Notes: generated by a model from the letters alone, not told the origin. A stretch of 64,000 nt of DNA from Sedimentisphaerales bacterium (GCA_963708075.1 OY970194.1:2016001-2080000); one strand, 5' to 3'; positions 19,258 to 30,298 are shown, counted from the first letter of the stretch. Numbers and translations: made by a program.

Positions 19258-20070
19258 CTACAGCTTCTCCATATCGGCTCTCAGGAGTGCCATCAGGACG
19301 ACGTCCCTGGCTTGTCCCTTAACGAACACGGCCTGCCGGGCATACCCTTCAAACGTGAAACCGAGGGATTGATTCAGGGCGATATTGACCTGGTTCACAT
19401 CGAGCGTGCGCAGGTAGATGCGATTCAGTTGCAGATTCTCAAATCCATACGTAACGGCGATGCGTGTGGCCTTTCGCGCGTATCCTTTGCCCCTTTCGGA
19501 AGGGTCTCCTATCATCTTGACGAGCTCGGCCTGGCGGATCTGCCGGTCGATATTCGTAAGGCCCACCAATCCGATCACCTGCTGGTCGCTGTTCCTGCAG
19601 AGGCATAGAAACGCCTCCCGGCCGCCCTCATGATCCGCAATCCAGTCACTGCCGAGCAGGGATTCCAGGGTGTTGATGGACAGGTCCGCCGATACGGCCC
19701 GATCCGTTCGCCACCGGGCCAGCGTCTGCTTGTCGGCATCTGTGGGCCAGCGAACGTAGATGCGCTCATCCAGGTCGGCTCGGCCTTGAGTGGAAAGCAC
19801 CTGGGCCTCAGACGACATCGGTACGAACTTGGACTCGGCCGAAAGCGCCTGCGCCGAGGGCTCGTCATTCTGCCCCCCCCGGTCGCCGTCCTGAAGCTTG
19901 AGGATCTCTTCAAGGAACTCATTGGCCAGATCCACGATCTCGCACCAGTGGCATCCCTTTGCTGCAAGCTGCCTGACCAGGCTGGCGGCGATGGTCTGGA
20001 AAAGGCGTTCCTGTATCAACCGCTTTGTCTCTGTATTTGCGACTCTTGTCACGAGAACACTCGTCTCCAC
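19258..20070 (-). CDS. GNAT (RimJ/RimL-type) N-acyltransferase with N-terminal extension
   Basis: IGDPSERGKGYA, FENLQLNRIYL, NIALNQSLGFTFEG. Confidence 0.85.
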   Translation of the reverse strand: METSVLVTRVANTETKRLIQERLFQTIAASLVRQLAAKGCHWCEIVDLANEFLEEILKLQDGDRGGQNDEPSAQALSAESKFVPMSSEAQVLSTQGRADLDERIYVRWPTDADKQTLARWRTDRAVSADLSINTLESLLGSDWIADHEGGREAFLCLCRNSDQQVIGLVGLTNIDRQIRQAELVKMIGDPSERGKGYARKATRIAVTYGFENLQLNRIYLRTLDVNQVNIALNQSLGFTFEGYARQAVFVKGQARDVVLMALLRADMEKL

Positions 20071-20075
20071 TCACA

Positions 20076-21050
20076 TTACTGGCGCGACTGACTGCCGAAG
20101 GAGCGCAGCCGGGCGTAACGTCTCTTGAGAAGCTCGGATGTTTCATATCGGCAGAGCATGTCAAACGTTCTGTACGCATACTCCCGTAAATGACGGGCCG
20201 CTCGCGCAGGATCGCGATGCGCTCCTCCCAGGGGCTCCGGAATGATGTCGTCAACGAAGGCCAGCCCGACGGCATCGGCGCTGGTCAGCCTCAGCGCGGA
20301 CGCCGTCGTTGGTGCATCTTCACCATTGCCGCCAAGAATCGCGGCACAACCTTCCGGCGATATCACGGAGTAGTAGGCATACTGCATCATAGCCACCCGA
20401 TCACCCACGCCGATGCCCATGGCTCCCCCGGAACCACCCTCGCCGATGCAAATGACAAGGATAGGGACCCGCAGCCGTGACATCTCGCGCAGACTGCACG
20501 CGATGGCGCTCGCCTGTCCGCGAGCCTCAGCCTCGATGCCCGGGTAAGCGCCGGGCGTATCCACCACAGACAATATGGGCACGCCGAACTTGTCGGCGAT
20601 CTTCATCTTAGCGAGTGCCTTCCGATACCCTTCGGGGTATGCGCACCCGAAGTGGCAGCGCGCCTTCTCGGCAGGGGTTCGTCCCTTGTCATGACCGACA
20701 ACCAAGATCCTCCTACCGGCGATGCGTCCGAATCCGGCGACAATGGCCGGGTCGTCGCCAAAGCACCGGTCTCCGTGCAACTCGACGAAATCCTTCACAA
20801 AAGCCTCCATGTAGTCGCGCAGCGCAGGACGCTGAGGATGGCGAGCGATCTGCACAACGTCCCACGCATCCAGATCCTCGCAGAACAACTGCAATAGCCG
20901 ATCGTGGTTGGAGCGAAGACGCTTGATGCCCAGACAATCCCTCTCTCGTTCCTGCTCCAGAAGAGTTTCGAGTCTCTTTATCTTACTTTCGAGACGTCCC
21001 AAGGCGGCCCCCGTCGAGGGTCTTTGACCTGTGTGCATCCTGTTGTCCAT
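20076..21050 (-). CDS. accA: Acetyl-CoA carboxylase carboxyltransferase subunit alpha
   Basis: ARHPQRP, ELHGDR, PEGYRKA, DTPGAYPG, GEGGSGGA, YSVISPEGCAAIL, PEPLGGAHRDP. Confidence 0.95.
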   Translation of the reverse strand: MDNRMHTGQRPSTGAALGRLESKIKRLETLLEQERERDCLGIKRLRSNHDRLLQLFCEDLDAWDVVQIARHPQRPALRDYMEAFVKDFVELHGDRCFGDDPAIVAGFGRIAGRRILVVGHDKGRTPAEKARCHFGCAYPEGYRKALAKMKIADKFGVPILSVVDTPGAYPGIEAEARGQASAIACSLREMSRLRVPILVICIGEGGSGGAMGIGVGDRVAMMQYAYYSVISPEGCAAILGGNGEDAPTTASALRLTSADAVGLAFVDDIIPEPLGGAHRDPARAARHLREYAYRTFDMLCRYETSELLKRRYARLRSFGSQSRQ

Positions 21051-21200
21051 ATCAAATGGCAGCCAAGTACTCCTGATGCCAATTCCACCAACAGCCGATG
21101 GACCTGCAATCGGCCAGCAGAGACCGCAAAATCACATAATTCTGCTCGCGTGCAGCCCTACTGCCATGGATATGACACTTGCTCCTACACACCGGGATTC

Positions 21201-22280
21201 CTACTTCTCCAGGAGATCTCGGTAGATGCCCATCAGTCTGTCTGCCACGGACGAGGCGAGGAACCGGCGGCGGGCATACTCCCTGTTATATGCACCGATT
21301 GCCTGTGCCTCCCCCGGGTCGTCGAGCAGGCGTTCAAGGAACCCGGCAAGCACTATCGGAGATGGACTATCGGTGGCATAGCCCATTTTCCCGTGTTCAA
21401 AGAAGTCGGACATCGCCCCCACTGAAGTCGTCACGACAGGTAACCCCGCCGCCATGGCCTCCAACACGGTCAGAGGCATGCCTTCTGTATGAGACGGGAA
21501 CAGGTAGCAATCTGAGGATTCGAAGGCCGCCCGCTTTGCATCGCCCTGAAGGTAACCGGTAAACGTCACATCCGGTACCTGATGGGCAGCGATATATGTT
21601 CGACAGCCATCGAGTTCGCTTCCGTCTCCGGCAACCGTCAAGACAGCCCGCGGATGCCTCGTCCTGACGATACGATACGCGTCAATGGCCTCGTAGACCC
21701 CTTTGGGCTTTTCAATTCTTGTCAAGAAGAGAATCCTGAACGGATCGCCGGGACGCCGCCGAATGCCGGTCGAAGGACGGCACTCCAGAAAGAACGAATC
21801 ATCTACGGCTGTCGTTTCGACATAGATCGGCCCTCTGTAGCCCATCTCGGTCAGGCGGTCCCGGAAGGCGTTGGCCAGCACGATGAAGGCATCCGCTCGA
21901 AAGAAGACCTTCCGAAATAACCACAGATATCTCTCTCGAACGACCTTCTCGTAACCAGGATTCCAGCCGTGGTTGAATATGAGCACCTTCCTCCCGAGGG
22001 CCTTGGCGATGAGCAACAGGAGCCCATCCCGTAGCAGCGCTCTGCTGCCCAAAGAAGGGTTCAGATGGACGATGTCGGGTTCCCGCTCGCGCAGCACCCG
22101 ATAGAACTGTATGAAGTCGCCCAAGGATCTGCAGATGCGTTCTCGAAAGGGTCCCGATGCCGCTCGCCGCCCAACAGTGAAGTAATCCGCCGAGGATTTC
22201 ACGTGATCCTGCAGAATTCTGTAGAATGCTGCCACTCCACCACCTAAGCGAAGATCGGGTGTGCTGATAAGGACTCTCAT
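21201..22280 (-). CDS. Glycosyltransferase family 4
   Basis: LFLTRIEKPKG, FPSHTEGMPLTVLEAMAAGLPVV. Confidence 0.93.
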   Translation of the reverse strand: MRVLISTPDLRLGGGVAAFYRILQDHVKSSADYFTVGRRAASGPFRERICRSLGDFIQFYRVLREREPDIVHLNPSLGSRALLRDGLLLLIAKALGRKVLIFNHGWNPGYEKVVRERYLWLFRKVFFRADAFIVLANAFRDRLTEMGYRGPIYVETTAVDDSFFLECRPSTGIRRRPGDPFRILFLTRIEKPKGVYEAIDAYRIVRTRHPRAVLTVAGDGSELDGCRTYIAAHQVPDVTFTGYLQGDAKRAAFESSDCYLFPSHTEGMPLTVLEAMAAGLPVVTTSVGAMSDFFEHGKMGYATDSPSPIVLAGFLERLLDDPGEAQAIGAYNREYARRRFLASSVADRLMGIYRDLLEK

Positions 22281-22286
22281 ATCGAT

Positions 22287-23216
22287 CTAAAGACGCGACA
22301 CTCCCTGGCAGCTACATCCGACTCTGGCAAGCAGCCGCTTGATCAGGCTCCAAAGCCCCGAAGCCTGCACGATTGCCTTGTGAATGCCGGCATCATCGGC
22401 GATCCCCAGATTGGGCAGTGTGAACAGGTCGGTGTCGGGCGTGACCCATCCCGGCGCTGTGGTCCTGCACGTCGTGTAGCCGGCATCGGCGATCCATTCT
22501 CGTGATCGCTCATCCGCACTGCCATCGGGCAGAGCGAAGTGCTCGACGGGCTCGCCCAGCAAAGTCGTAAGCCGCCTGCGCGATTCGACGCACTCCCACC
22601 GTCCGACTTCATCTGAGCACTGCTGCAGCAGCGGATGGAAAGTGGTATGCGAGCCGATCTGCGCACCTGCCTCGATCAAAGCGAGCAGGTGCCGTCTCGA
22701 CAAAGCAGCCGCAGAACCATATTCCTTTTCATCCGTATGTCCATACTCTCTCCACAAGAGATTACGGCGCTCGGAATCGGAAAGGCATTTGACCTTCCGC
22801 ATCACGGACCCACCATGAGGCAACAAGTCAAACCAAAATGCGCGGCATGTATCAACGACCCCCGCAACCGCGTAAATCACCGCAGGGACCTTGTACTGCT
22901 TCAAGACGTCCAATAATTCAATGTTGCCGATGTGCCCGTCATCCAGCGTTACCAGAAGAGGCTTAGGAGGCAAGAATGAGAAATCCCTCGTCCGCAACGC
23001 CCTCGCGATATCCCCGATACCGACAAACGAATACAGCCGGCTGAATGCCTTCATATGACAGGCAAACACCTCGCGTGCAGGGTTGTGGTAGTTGATAATC
23101 GTGACCCTGTGGCGGGCGTACACCTCGCGCAGGAACCAGGGAACACCTGTTGCCCGCAACCCAAGACAGAAGACATCGTGCCATGTGGCCATACCGCTAT
23201 TCTGCCTGCCCTGCAT
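22287..23216 (-). CDS. Polysaccharide deacetylase (NodB homology)
   Basis: INYH, VTLDDG, IGSHTTFHP, HFALPDG. Confidence 0.9.
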   Translation of the reverse strand: MQGRQNSGMATWHDVFCLGLRATGVPWFLREVYARHRVTIINYHNPAREVFACHMKAFSRLYSFVGIGDIARALRTRDFSFLPPKPLLVTLDDGHIGNIELLDVLKQYKVPAVIYAVAGVVDTCRAFWFDLLPHGGSVMRKVKCLSDSERRNLLWREYGHTDEKEYGSAAALSRRHLLALIEAGAQIGSHTTFHPLLQQCSDEVGRWECVESRRRLTTLLGEPVEHFALPDGSADERSREWIADAGYTTCRTTAPGWVTPDTDLFTLPNLGIADDAGIHKAIVQASGLWSLIKRLLARVGCSCQGVSRL

Positions 23217-23859
23217 TCTCTATCGCACCGATAATCTGTTCTGCCTCAGGCAGATTGGTCAATCGGCGGACCTTCATGTGCCAGACTCCGCCCGCCCAGC
23301 GCCATTGCTTCACCTCGGCAACCCGCTGAAACCCGTACTTCTCCCAGTTGCGAATCGCATAACGATTCTCGGGAATGATGAAGACCGTTGGCACCTTCCC
23401 TGCTTCCGTCTGAGCCAAGCGAGCAGCGTTCAGCTTCTGCCCCGTCTTCTGGCCGCGATAGGCCGGACAGACGAAGAGATTTTTGAAGATGACATAATTG
23501 TCCGGGATGGAAAGCCTTCCGGATGGCCCCCACCGATATTCCCCCTTTCTCTGGATCCAAGCATATCCAGCGATCTTCCCTTCGATTTCAGCGTACAACC
23601 CCTGAGAACCATCGCCAAGTAGTTCATGCAACAGACGACCCGTGTCCGGTTCTACTTGGCCGGACAGCAGCGCCGCGTCTATTCTCTCTTTATCAAGAGA
23701 TTTCACTGATGAATCAGAGAAGGCGAATCCCCGGAAGTCCATTATGAGTAGCACCAACTGATGATCGCTTCTATACACGCAACGCAGAGCAGCAAGCCAA
23801 ATTTGACGTACGCTCGCAAAGACACCGTATAACCGGACTCGTTCCTTTAGCCGAAGCAT
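23197..23859 (-). CDS. GNAT family N-acetyltransferase
   Basis: LFVCPAYRGQKTG and ENRYAIRNWEKYGF. Confidence 0.8.
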   Translation of the reverse strand: MLRLKERVRLYGVFASVRQIWLAALRCVYRSDHQLVLLIMDFRGFAFSDSSVKSLDKERIDAALLSGQVEPDTGRLLHELLGDGSQGLYAEIEGKIAGYAWIQRKGEYRWGPSGRLSIPDNYVIFKNLFVCPAYRGQKTGQKLNAARLAQTEAGKVPTVFIIPENRYAIRNWEKYGFQRVAEVKQWRWAGGVWHMKVRRLTNLPEAEQIIGAIENAGQAE

Positions 23860-23867
23860 ATTAGGCC

Positions 23868-24980
23868 CTATTCAGAAGTCTCTGCGCTGGAGTCTGACGA
23901 TCGTTTGGCCGTGGCCTTTATTTTGCGGTACATCGCCTTGAATCTTTCTCTCCAATGCAGGTGGTATTGTACAAAGAGGTATGCCGGAAGCGAGTGGTTC
24001 CCCAAAAGAAAGATATCATTCCTTCTCACCTCATGATCAGGCGACCAACTCAGTTTGTAGTCATACACACCCGCCATGAAGTCCAAGTTTCGAAATCCTT
24101 TCTCGATCAGATCTCTGATCACATAGCCAATGCTGATCAAGCCAGGCGAGTACTTGGCCCAGCCCACGTCGTAATTCGTACTCCAATCATAAAATATCTT
24201 ATTATGGATAAGCCCGATTCGGTAGGCAATGAGATCTTCGCCGGTCGTCAAAGCGTAGAGGGCCATTTGACCACGGTCGAATAAACCAGCATAGGCATGC
24301 TCGGCACACGTCATGTAGTCTGCACTTCTGCTGGGACGATCGTCTACCGCCCAACGCTTTCTCTGGACGCACTTTATGCGGCTGAACCAAGACATGAACT
24401 CTTTCTTGCCCGTCACCAGTTCGACACGAATATTATGATCTCCTTCCAGCAACCTCATCTTCTTGCGCGTCTGTCTTCGCCTGTTGTGACTCAGCTTGTC
24501 AAGATACTCTTCCCAGCCCGCAGCGCGGATGTCTGCGACAATGTTCTGGGAGAATGACTTCCGTGCCTCCCCCTTTGAACAGAGGAACCCATGCAGCGGA
24601 GAATGATCATTCACCGGACCTATGTATGCAGCCTGGAACGAGTCCCATTTCACGACATAGTCGTATATCGAGTCCATCACACGGGCTTGGCCCTCCTGGG
24701 GGATAATGAAGGAATAGAAGTCACCGAAATTGGCGGGAAACGAGCGCAGGACACGTATGCCAACGTGACGCTCAATGCAAAGGGGCGCGATGCCCATTGC
24801 TTTCCCGTTGTCATCGAGGGCCATCACGACATGCAGTCGGCGTTTCCCTCGCAGGTACTTCCACCAGGTTGCACACCAGTGGTAGGTACTTTGCGGAAAG
24901 ACATCGGCTTCCCCCTCCAGTCTCTCCCATTCGGCCTTGAGGAATGGGTCGTCGATATCTTCTACAATACGAATCTTCAT
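23868..24980 (-). CDS. CelD/BcsL-like GNAT acetyltransferase
   Basis: FPQSTYHW, GIAPL, KYSPGL, LDFMAGVYDYKLSW. Confidence 0.88.
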   Translation of the reverse strand: MKIRIVEDIDDPFLKAEWERLEGEADVFPQSTYHWCATWWKYLRGKRRLHVVMALDDNGKAMGIAPLCIERHVGIRVLRSFPANFGDFYSFIIPQEGQARVMDSIYDYVVKWDSFQAAYIGPVNDHSPLHGFLCSKGEARKSFSQNIVADIRAAGWEEYLDKLSHNRRRQTRKKMRLLEGDHNIRVELVTGKKEFMSWFSRIKCVQRKRWAVDDRPSRSADYMTCAEHAYAGLFDRGQMALYALTTGEDLIAYRIGLIHNKIFYDWSTNYDVGWAKYSPGLISIGYVIRDLIEKGFRNLDFMAGVYDYKLSWSPDHEVRRNDIFLLGNHSLPAYLFVQYHLHWRERFKAMYRKIKATAKRSSDSSAETSE

Positions 24981-24983
24981 AGT

Positions 24984-26459
24984 TCAGCGTGTTCCTATGT
25001 GCTGCCAATCATATGCCGGACGATTGTAGCCAGGCCGGCCACCACTTCCCCTCGTTTGCTTCGCGTGAAGAACGCCGATGGCCAACAAGAGGAAGTAAAC
25101 AAATGTCGTCAACTCGCCCGCGATCATAAATATGCCGTAAGCGAGGGACAGGAAAAGCACTACGAAGGTGAAGCAGACCATGCTCAGGTAATAGGACCTC
25201 CAGAAAGGATCTGACTCCCACCTGGCCAGACGCCGGAGAAAAATGAAAAGGTATGCATAGAAGCCCAGCCAGATCGCCGCGCCCAGGAATCCCACCTGCA
25301 GAAGGAGCCAGGAGAAACCCGTCTCCCCGTAGAGGATGCCAACTTCAGCAAAGCCCCCTCCGTAAGCAGTCCCATGGGTATCCGTTGCCTTGTCGCGACC
25401 TACGCCGGAAAAACGCGATTTCATAAAATGACCCGGTCCCAAACCCAGTATGGCAGCCACCGGGTCCTGTGCAACAGTCTCTATGGAACGCACAGTCGTT
25501 GAGTACCGCCCAGTCGTATAGTCACCTTGGGGTGTTGTGCGGGCATTTCCCAGCACAGCGTAGGAATAGAGGTGATCGGGGTCAAAAGAGCCACCGATCT
25601 CTCGTTCCGGCGTGAGCGTAGGACTGAGGCGCACACCTGCATAGAAAGCCACCGCACCGATCAAGCCCGCGAGGACATACAGATGGATGGGAATCCGCCA
25701 CCGCCCGGTAACAAACCTGTTTGCATTCAGCACCGCAAAGAGGCATGTCAGCGGAACCACGATGAAAATGGCGCGCTTTCCACCCATCAGACCGAAGGCG
25801 GTGAATGCCACGATTCCCAAGAGAAACCACGCGGAGCGACGGTACGTGCAGAAGTAGGTCAGGAAGAATCCCACAGCGATCATCGGAATCGCCGTGGAGT
25901 TTCCCCCCCCATGTGTGGCGTATGTGCCGATGGTCGATTCACCGACACCGTAGCTGGGTAACTTGACTGCCGCCACCGGAATTTGGATCAAGAACAGGAT
26001 TGCCAACACTCGCAAGTACCAGCGGAGTTCGCGCTCCGGCACGTTGAATTGGATCAACGCCCAGAACATCACATAGAAACGCAGCAGAATTCGCAGGAAG
26101 AGGATAACCTCAAAGATGGACGGATGAGCCCATGCGGCGGAGAGGGCCGTTGTTCCCACAAAACCGGCCACGAGCAGCAGACCCACAGGCTTGGTCCGCG
26201 GGGCCCCCCTCTTCGCCAGCGACGCGGCGAATAGCAGAGCGATCACCAGTTCCGGAACGAAATTGACTGCATCGGGGAGCAGACCATAGTCAATCAGACT
26301 TCCAGCGAAGAAGAAGATGAAGAGCATCGCCCCCAGGGCCAAACGCAAAACCTGGACTTGCGCGGTAGCCCGGCCAGGGATGCCCCCATGATGGCAGCGA
26401 AGGTGAGCCGGGCCGACGGTCGCGTATGCACCAAGAGGCGAATATGCTTGTGGCAGCAC
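24984..26459 (-). CDS. Putative polysaccharide polymerase (Wzy-like membrane protein)
   Basis: About 11 TM segments, a large periplasmic loop and ILGLGPG motif, inside a Wzx/Wzc cluster. Confidence 0.7.
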   Translation of the reverse strand: MLPQAYSPLGAYATVGPAHLRCHHGGIPGRATAQVQVLRLALGAMLFIFFFAGSLIDYGLLPDAVNFVPELVIALLFAASLAKRGAPRTKPVGLLLVAGFVGTTALSAAWAHPSIFEVILFLRILLRFYVMFWALIQFNVPERELRWYLRVLAILFLIQIPVAAVKLPSYGVGESTIGTYATHGGGNSTAIPMIAVGFFLTYFCTYRRSAWFLLGIVAFTAFGLMGGKRAIFIVVPLTCLFAVLNANRFVTGRWRIPIHLYVLAGLIGAVAFYAGVRLSPTLTPEREIGGSFDPDHLYSYAVLGNARTTPQGDYTTGRYSTTVRSIETVAQDPVAAILGLGPGHFMKSRFSGVGRDKATDTHGTAYGGGFAEVGILYGETGFSWLLLQVGFLGAAIWLGFYAYLFIFLRRLARWESDPFWRSYYLSMVCFTFVVLFLSLAYGIFMIAGELTTFVYFLLLAIGVLHAKQTRGSGGRPGYNRPAYDWQHIGTR

Positions 26460-26460
26460 G

Positions 26461-27650
26461 CTATGACTCCAAGAGCTGTCCCAGAAAGGCGCTCAGCCGC
26501 TCCGCCTGTTGCGCCCACGTGTGCTGTGCCAGCACCTGCTGACGGGCGAGTCGGCCAAGTTCCAGGAATTGATTTCTGGCAGCATATGCCTGCCGGATCG
26601 CTCCGGCCAACGCTTCAGGCGAGGCGTCCCGGGCAAAGAAGGCGAATGGCTTTCCATTAAGTACATTGCGGTGGGCGGGAATATCCGTCACGATCACTGG
26701 CTTGCCACAAGCCATGTACTCAAAGAGCTTGATCGGCGAACTCGTGTTCCATGCGTCACAAGGTGGAAACGGCAAGATGCCTGCATGGTGGCGCTGGATC
26801 TGGGCAGGCACCTCCTGATGCGGGATCGTATCTATCAACGTCACCCGTTCCTTCAGACCCAGGCGGTCGATCCATTCAAGAACTGCCTGCTCGCGGAGAG
26901 AGCTGATCAGCGTGAGCCGCGCGTCGATATCCCGGACCCGATCCATAGCCTGGACCAGCCGGTCCAGGCCGCGGCTGACACACAAAATGCCGCCGTGATA
27001 GATTAGCCGAAATGGGCCACCGTTCGGGGCACTATCCCCGAGCTCAAAGGTTCTCGGGATTCACCCCGGAGGTCCAGATTGCGCTCTGATGGTCAGGCAA
27101 GCGATAATGTTCAGCGCAGTAGCGCCGCATTTCTTCGGTAATATAGGTCACAGCAGAGAAATGGCGGCTTGCGAAAAGCAAGCACTCCGCAAATTTGCCC
27201 CATGCAGAATCATCGGTGCGCGTTGTGGTCGGTAACGTACGCACGTCGAGCACCATCCTGCATTGGTGTCTAAGGCATGACTGATACACCGAACGGACCA
27301 TTCCCAGATCATCCGTGCAATTAAGCAGTACAACCTTGGGCGAAAGCCTCACGATCTCTCTTCGGGCTGCGGTTTGCATCAGGAGATGCCGCGACACCTT
27401 TTGAACGATGCCCCGGCCAAATTGAGGAAAGCAAACGACAGGACGATCGCATACAACGATATTCAAGGGGCGGTTCTCGCCATCCGGTCAGGAAATGGAC
27501 CTCCCAGGCCCGCGCCAGGTTCTCCATAGTGTCGACCCAAGTGGCCTTGTCCACAGACTTGTCAAACAGCTTGACGGCAATCCAGAGCAGACGCGGTTTA
27601 GGTGCGAACGGCATGCTCGATCTATCGTTGGCTTTCAGGTCTCTCGCCAT
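26461..27650 (-). CDS. Glycosyltransferase family 4; two frameshifts (~27474 and ~27051)
   Basis: Three ORF pieces rejoin on removing one base at each GGTTCTC (…WRDRPLNIV…, …NPETFELG…FRLIYHGG); SSPIKLFEYMACGKPVI. Confidence 0.85.
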
Positions 27651-27657
27651 TCCGCCT

Positions 27658-28782
27658 CTATGACACAATCAGATCCAGGAGTCTTTTCATGTTCTTCTTC
27701 AGCGAATGATTCTCCAGTGCATATTCCCGCGCCCGCCTGCCCATATCGTCACGCAGGCCGGGATTATCGACAAGGCGCCTGACATCACGGACCATCTGCT
27801 CAAACGAGCCGGAGCAGTAACCGATCTTCTGCGTGGCGAGTATGTCATCGGGGTCCAGGAGCATGCTGACGACGGGTACCTCACGCATCCACGATTGCAC
27901 AAACGTGTTAGGCAGACCCTCATAGGTGCTGGTATTCACAAAGACGTGAGACTGCGCCAGGATACGATTGACTTCCTCGATCGGCTGCTCGCGCATGTAA
28001 GTGATATTCGGCAGTGCCCTGATCCCGGCGTCCAGTCCATCTTGGTATTTTCCCCTTGATGGCCGGCCGATCATGATGAATTGGACGTCCCTCTTCTCGG
28101 TAAACTCGCGTGCCAGGCGAATGAACATTTCGGGTTGCTTCAGCGGCTTGATATTGGCGACCCACACCACTTTGTATGTGCTGGTCTTGTCCAGGGGTCC
28201 CTCAGGTTCCGGCTGCTCCTTCAGGATAACTGTTGCCGTGCGCCCGTAGTACTTCCGGAGGAGATCCGCCTGAAACCTCGCATGAGCGACGACGTGCGTG
28301 GAATGATGAATGGCATAATCGATTGCTCGCCTTTCAATCACGTTAAACGGACGTTTCAGCAAGGAAGACAATGGCTGCGGTATGACATCCGCGGAGGACG
28401 CAACGTGCCAGATACTTGTGCACCCATGCTTCTTGGCATAGGCGGCTGTCATCGCCGCGAATGACCAGCCGCCCCGCACATAGACAACATCAGGTCGAAT
28501 CTCCTTGAGCAACCGAGATACAGACCGAAAGTAGAAGCTCCACGTTGCGCCAAATCTCTTTCGCGTCCGGATCGGTTTGAGCCGGTGTAATTCCAGGTTC
28601 AGCTTATTTGCGCAAGGCTGGCCATTATCTATGAAGATGTAATGCACTTGCATACCCTCAGCTATGGCCCGTTCGGCTAGGAGGTAACACTGGTACTCTG
28701 AGCCTCCGATGCATTGCTCGTAAAAAGTAGGCATCACAATGGCAATACGCAGAGGTCTAGTATTCATGCTCCACTTGCTCAC
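27658..28782 (-). CDS. Glycosyltransferase family 4
   Basis: GGSEYQ, WVANIKPLKQPE, VNTSTYEGLPNTFVQSW. Confidence 0.93.
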   Translation of the reverse strand: MSKWSMNTRPLRIAIVMPTFYEQCIGGSEYQCYLLAERAIAEGMQVHYIFIDNGQPCANKLNLELHRLKPIRTRKRFGATWSFYFRSVSRLLKEIRPDVVYVRGGWSFAAMTAAYAKKHGCTSIWHVASSADVIPQPLSSLLKRPFNVIERRAIDYAIHHSTHVVAHARFQADLLRKYYGRTATVILKEQPEPEGPLDKTSTYKVVWVANIKPLKQPEMFIRLAREFTEKRDVQFIMIGRPSRGKYQDGLDAGIRALPNITYMREQPIEEVNRILAQSHVFVNTSTYEGLPNTFVQSWMREVPVVSMLLDPDDILATQKIGYCSGSFEQMVRDVRRLVDNPGLRDDMGRRAREYALENHSLKKNMKRLLDLIVS

Positions 28783-29486
28783 CCCTCGAGTCCAGCATCA
28801 CGCAGGAAGGCTTTGAGACTCTCGTAGACAGGCTGATGAGATCGGCGGTAGCTCTCATAAGACGGTCCCAGTTGCCGCCGGACGGGCACGCCCTCCAACA
28901 TCTCCCCTGCCTTCACGAACAAGGGGAATTCCTCCCAGAAATCCGCAGGAACGGGGTCCCTTCCCAGATTCTCGCGGATGCTCCTGGCGTAGGCTTTCGC
29001 TTCCTCGACGTATGCCTTCTTCCGTTTCTGGTAGTACTCCTCAATGCTGCAGACGATCTTGACTGGGTTGCCAGCAGCCACAGAATTGGAGGGAACGTCC
29101 TTATTCACAAGTGAACACGCCCCAATGATGCAGTTGTCCCCAATAGTCACGCCTTTGACAATCACCACCCAGGTACCAAGGAACACATTACTCCCGATCC
29201 GGACCTTACCCGACGAACAGAGGATCTCGTGGTAGAGATTTCTGAGGACGAACCAATCGTACCCATGCGTCAGAATCGTGCAGCCTCGCGTGAAACAAAC
29301 GTTGTCTCCGATCTCAATAAGAGACGGGCGAGTCGTGTCGATGGAGATGTCCCGCAGGCCATGCCATTGCACTCCTTCACCAACCTTGCACCCCTTCTTC
29401 CTGAGCCACCGGGTGAATCTCTCGCCACTGGACTTCGCCCAGCGGTGCTCAATAGCACACCTCGTCTTTTTCACCAATCGGAGCAT
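28779..29486 (-). CDS. Hexapeptide-repeat acyltransferase
   Basis: IDTTRPSLIEIGDNV, THGYDW, GVTIGDNCIIGACS, AAGNP; GGAGG RBS before ATG 29486. Confidence 0.9.
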   Translation of the reverse strand: MLRLVKKTRCAIEHRWAKSSGERFTRWLRKKGCKVGEGVQWHGLRDISIDTTRPSLIEIGDNVCFTRGCTILTHGYDWFVLRNLYHEILCSSGKVRIGSNVFLGTWVVIVKGVTIGDNCIIGACSLVNKDVPSNSVAAGNPVKIVCSIEEYYQKRKKAYVEEAKAYARSIRENLGRDPVPADFWEEFPLFVKAGEMLEGVPVRRQLGPSYESYRRSHQPVYESLKAFLRDAGLEG

Positions 29487-29544
29487 CACTACGTGTTCCT
29501 CCACCATGATCTCGCCGAGACTATGCCAACCCATTGAGCCGGGC

Positions 29545-30252
29545 TCAGTCGGAATTTGCACGCTGTAGCACAAGCATCATAGCGTCTTTGAAAGCCGAGA
29601 TTCCTCCGAGAGTGACAACCGTAACCGGGACAGAGGCCAAGCTGAAAAGAAGCCGCAATCGCCGGGTTCTGGCTTTGCCACCGCCGTAGGTAGGATAGCG
29701 CTTTGCGAACAGAACACTGAGGTCGTGTTCCGCTGCGAATTGCCTCAGCCTCGGCATGGAGATCGACCACGCAAGAAAAGTCTTGAATGGACCGCGACCG
29801 TTCTTGCCCGCGTCCGGATTCCGCCCAACGTTGCGGTACCACCACACATGAAGCCAATGCGGAGAGAATTTCGTGGCCAGGCCGGAAGTACTGAGCACGT
29901 TGGGCAGAGCAAGAATCATGATACCGCCGGGAGCCAACCAGGTCGCAAAGTTCCTCAGCGCTTTCTCGGGCTCCTGCAGGTGCTCCAGCACATTCCAGCA
30001 TACGATCATGTCGAAGCAATTCGGAGGAAAGACGTACGACTGAACGTCCCCCAAGTGCCTCTCGGCCAGCTTCTCATTCAGTTGCAGCTGTCGCTCCGAA
30101 ACATCCAGCCCTATGATATGAACATTCTGGGGGAATCTGAATGCGGAATTAGAGCCGCACCCCGCTTCGAGGATGCGCACAGTCTCCAGGCGTGCGCAGT
30201 GCGCGGCCACAATGTCCTGTACGCCCGCACATGCTGGTTTTAGATTCGCCAT
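29545..30252 (-). CDS. Class I SAM-dependent methyltransferase
   Basis: ILEAGCG, FDMIVCWNVLEHL, LAPGG. Confidence 0.9.
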   Translation of the reverse strand: MANLKPACAGVQDIVAAHCARLETVRILEAGCGSNSAFRFPQNVHIIGLDVSERQLQLNEKLAERHLGDVQSYVFPPNCFDMIVCWNVLEHLQEPEKALRNFATWLAPGGIMILALPNVLSTSGLATKFSPHWLHVWWYRNVGRNPDAGKNGRGPFKTFLAWSISMPRLRQFAAEHDLSVLFAKRYPTYGGGKARTRRLRLLFSLASVPVTVVTLGGISAFKDAMMLVLQRANSD

Positions 30253-30298
30253 AGTCCTGTCGTCACAACTCTATTCGGCGAACGAACGACAGATCTAA

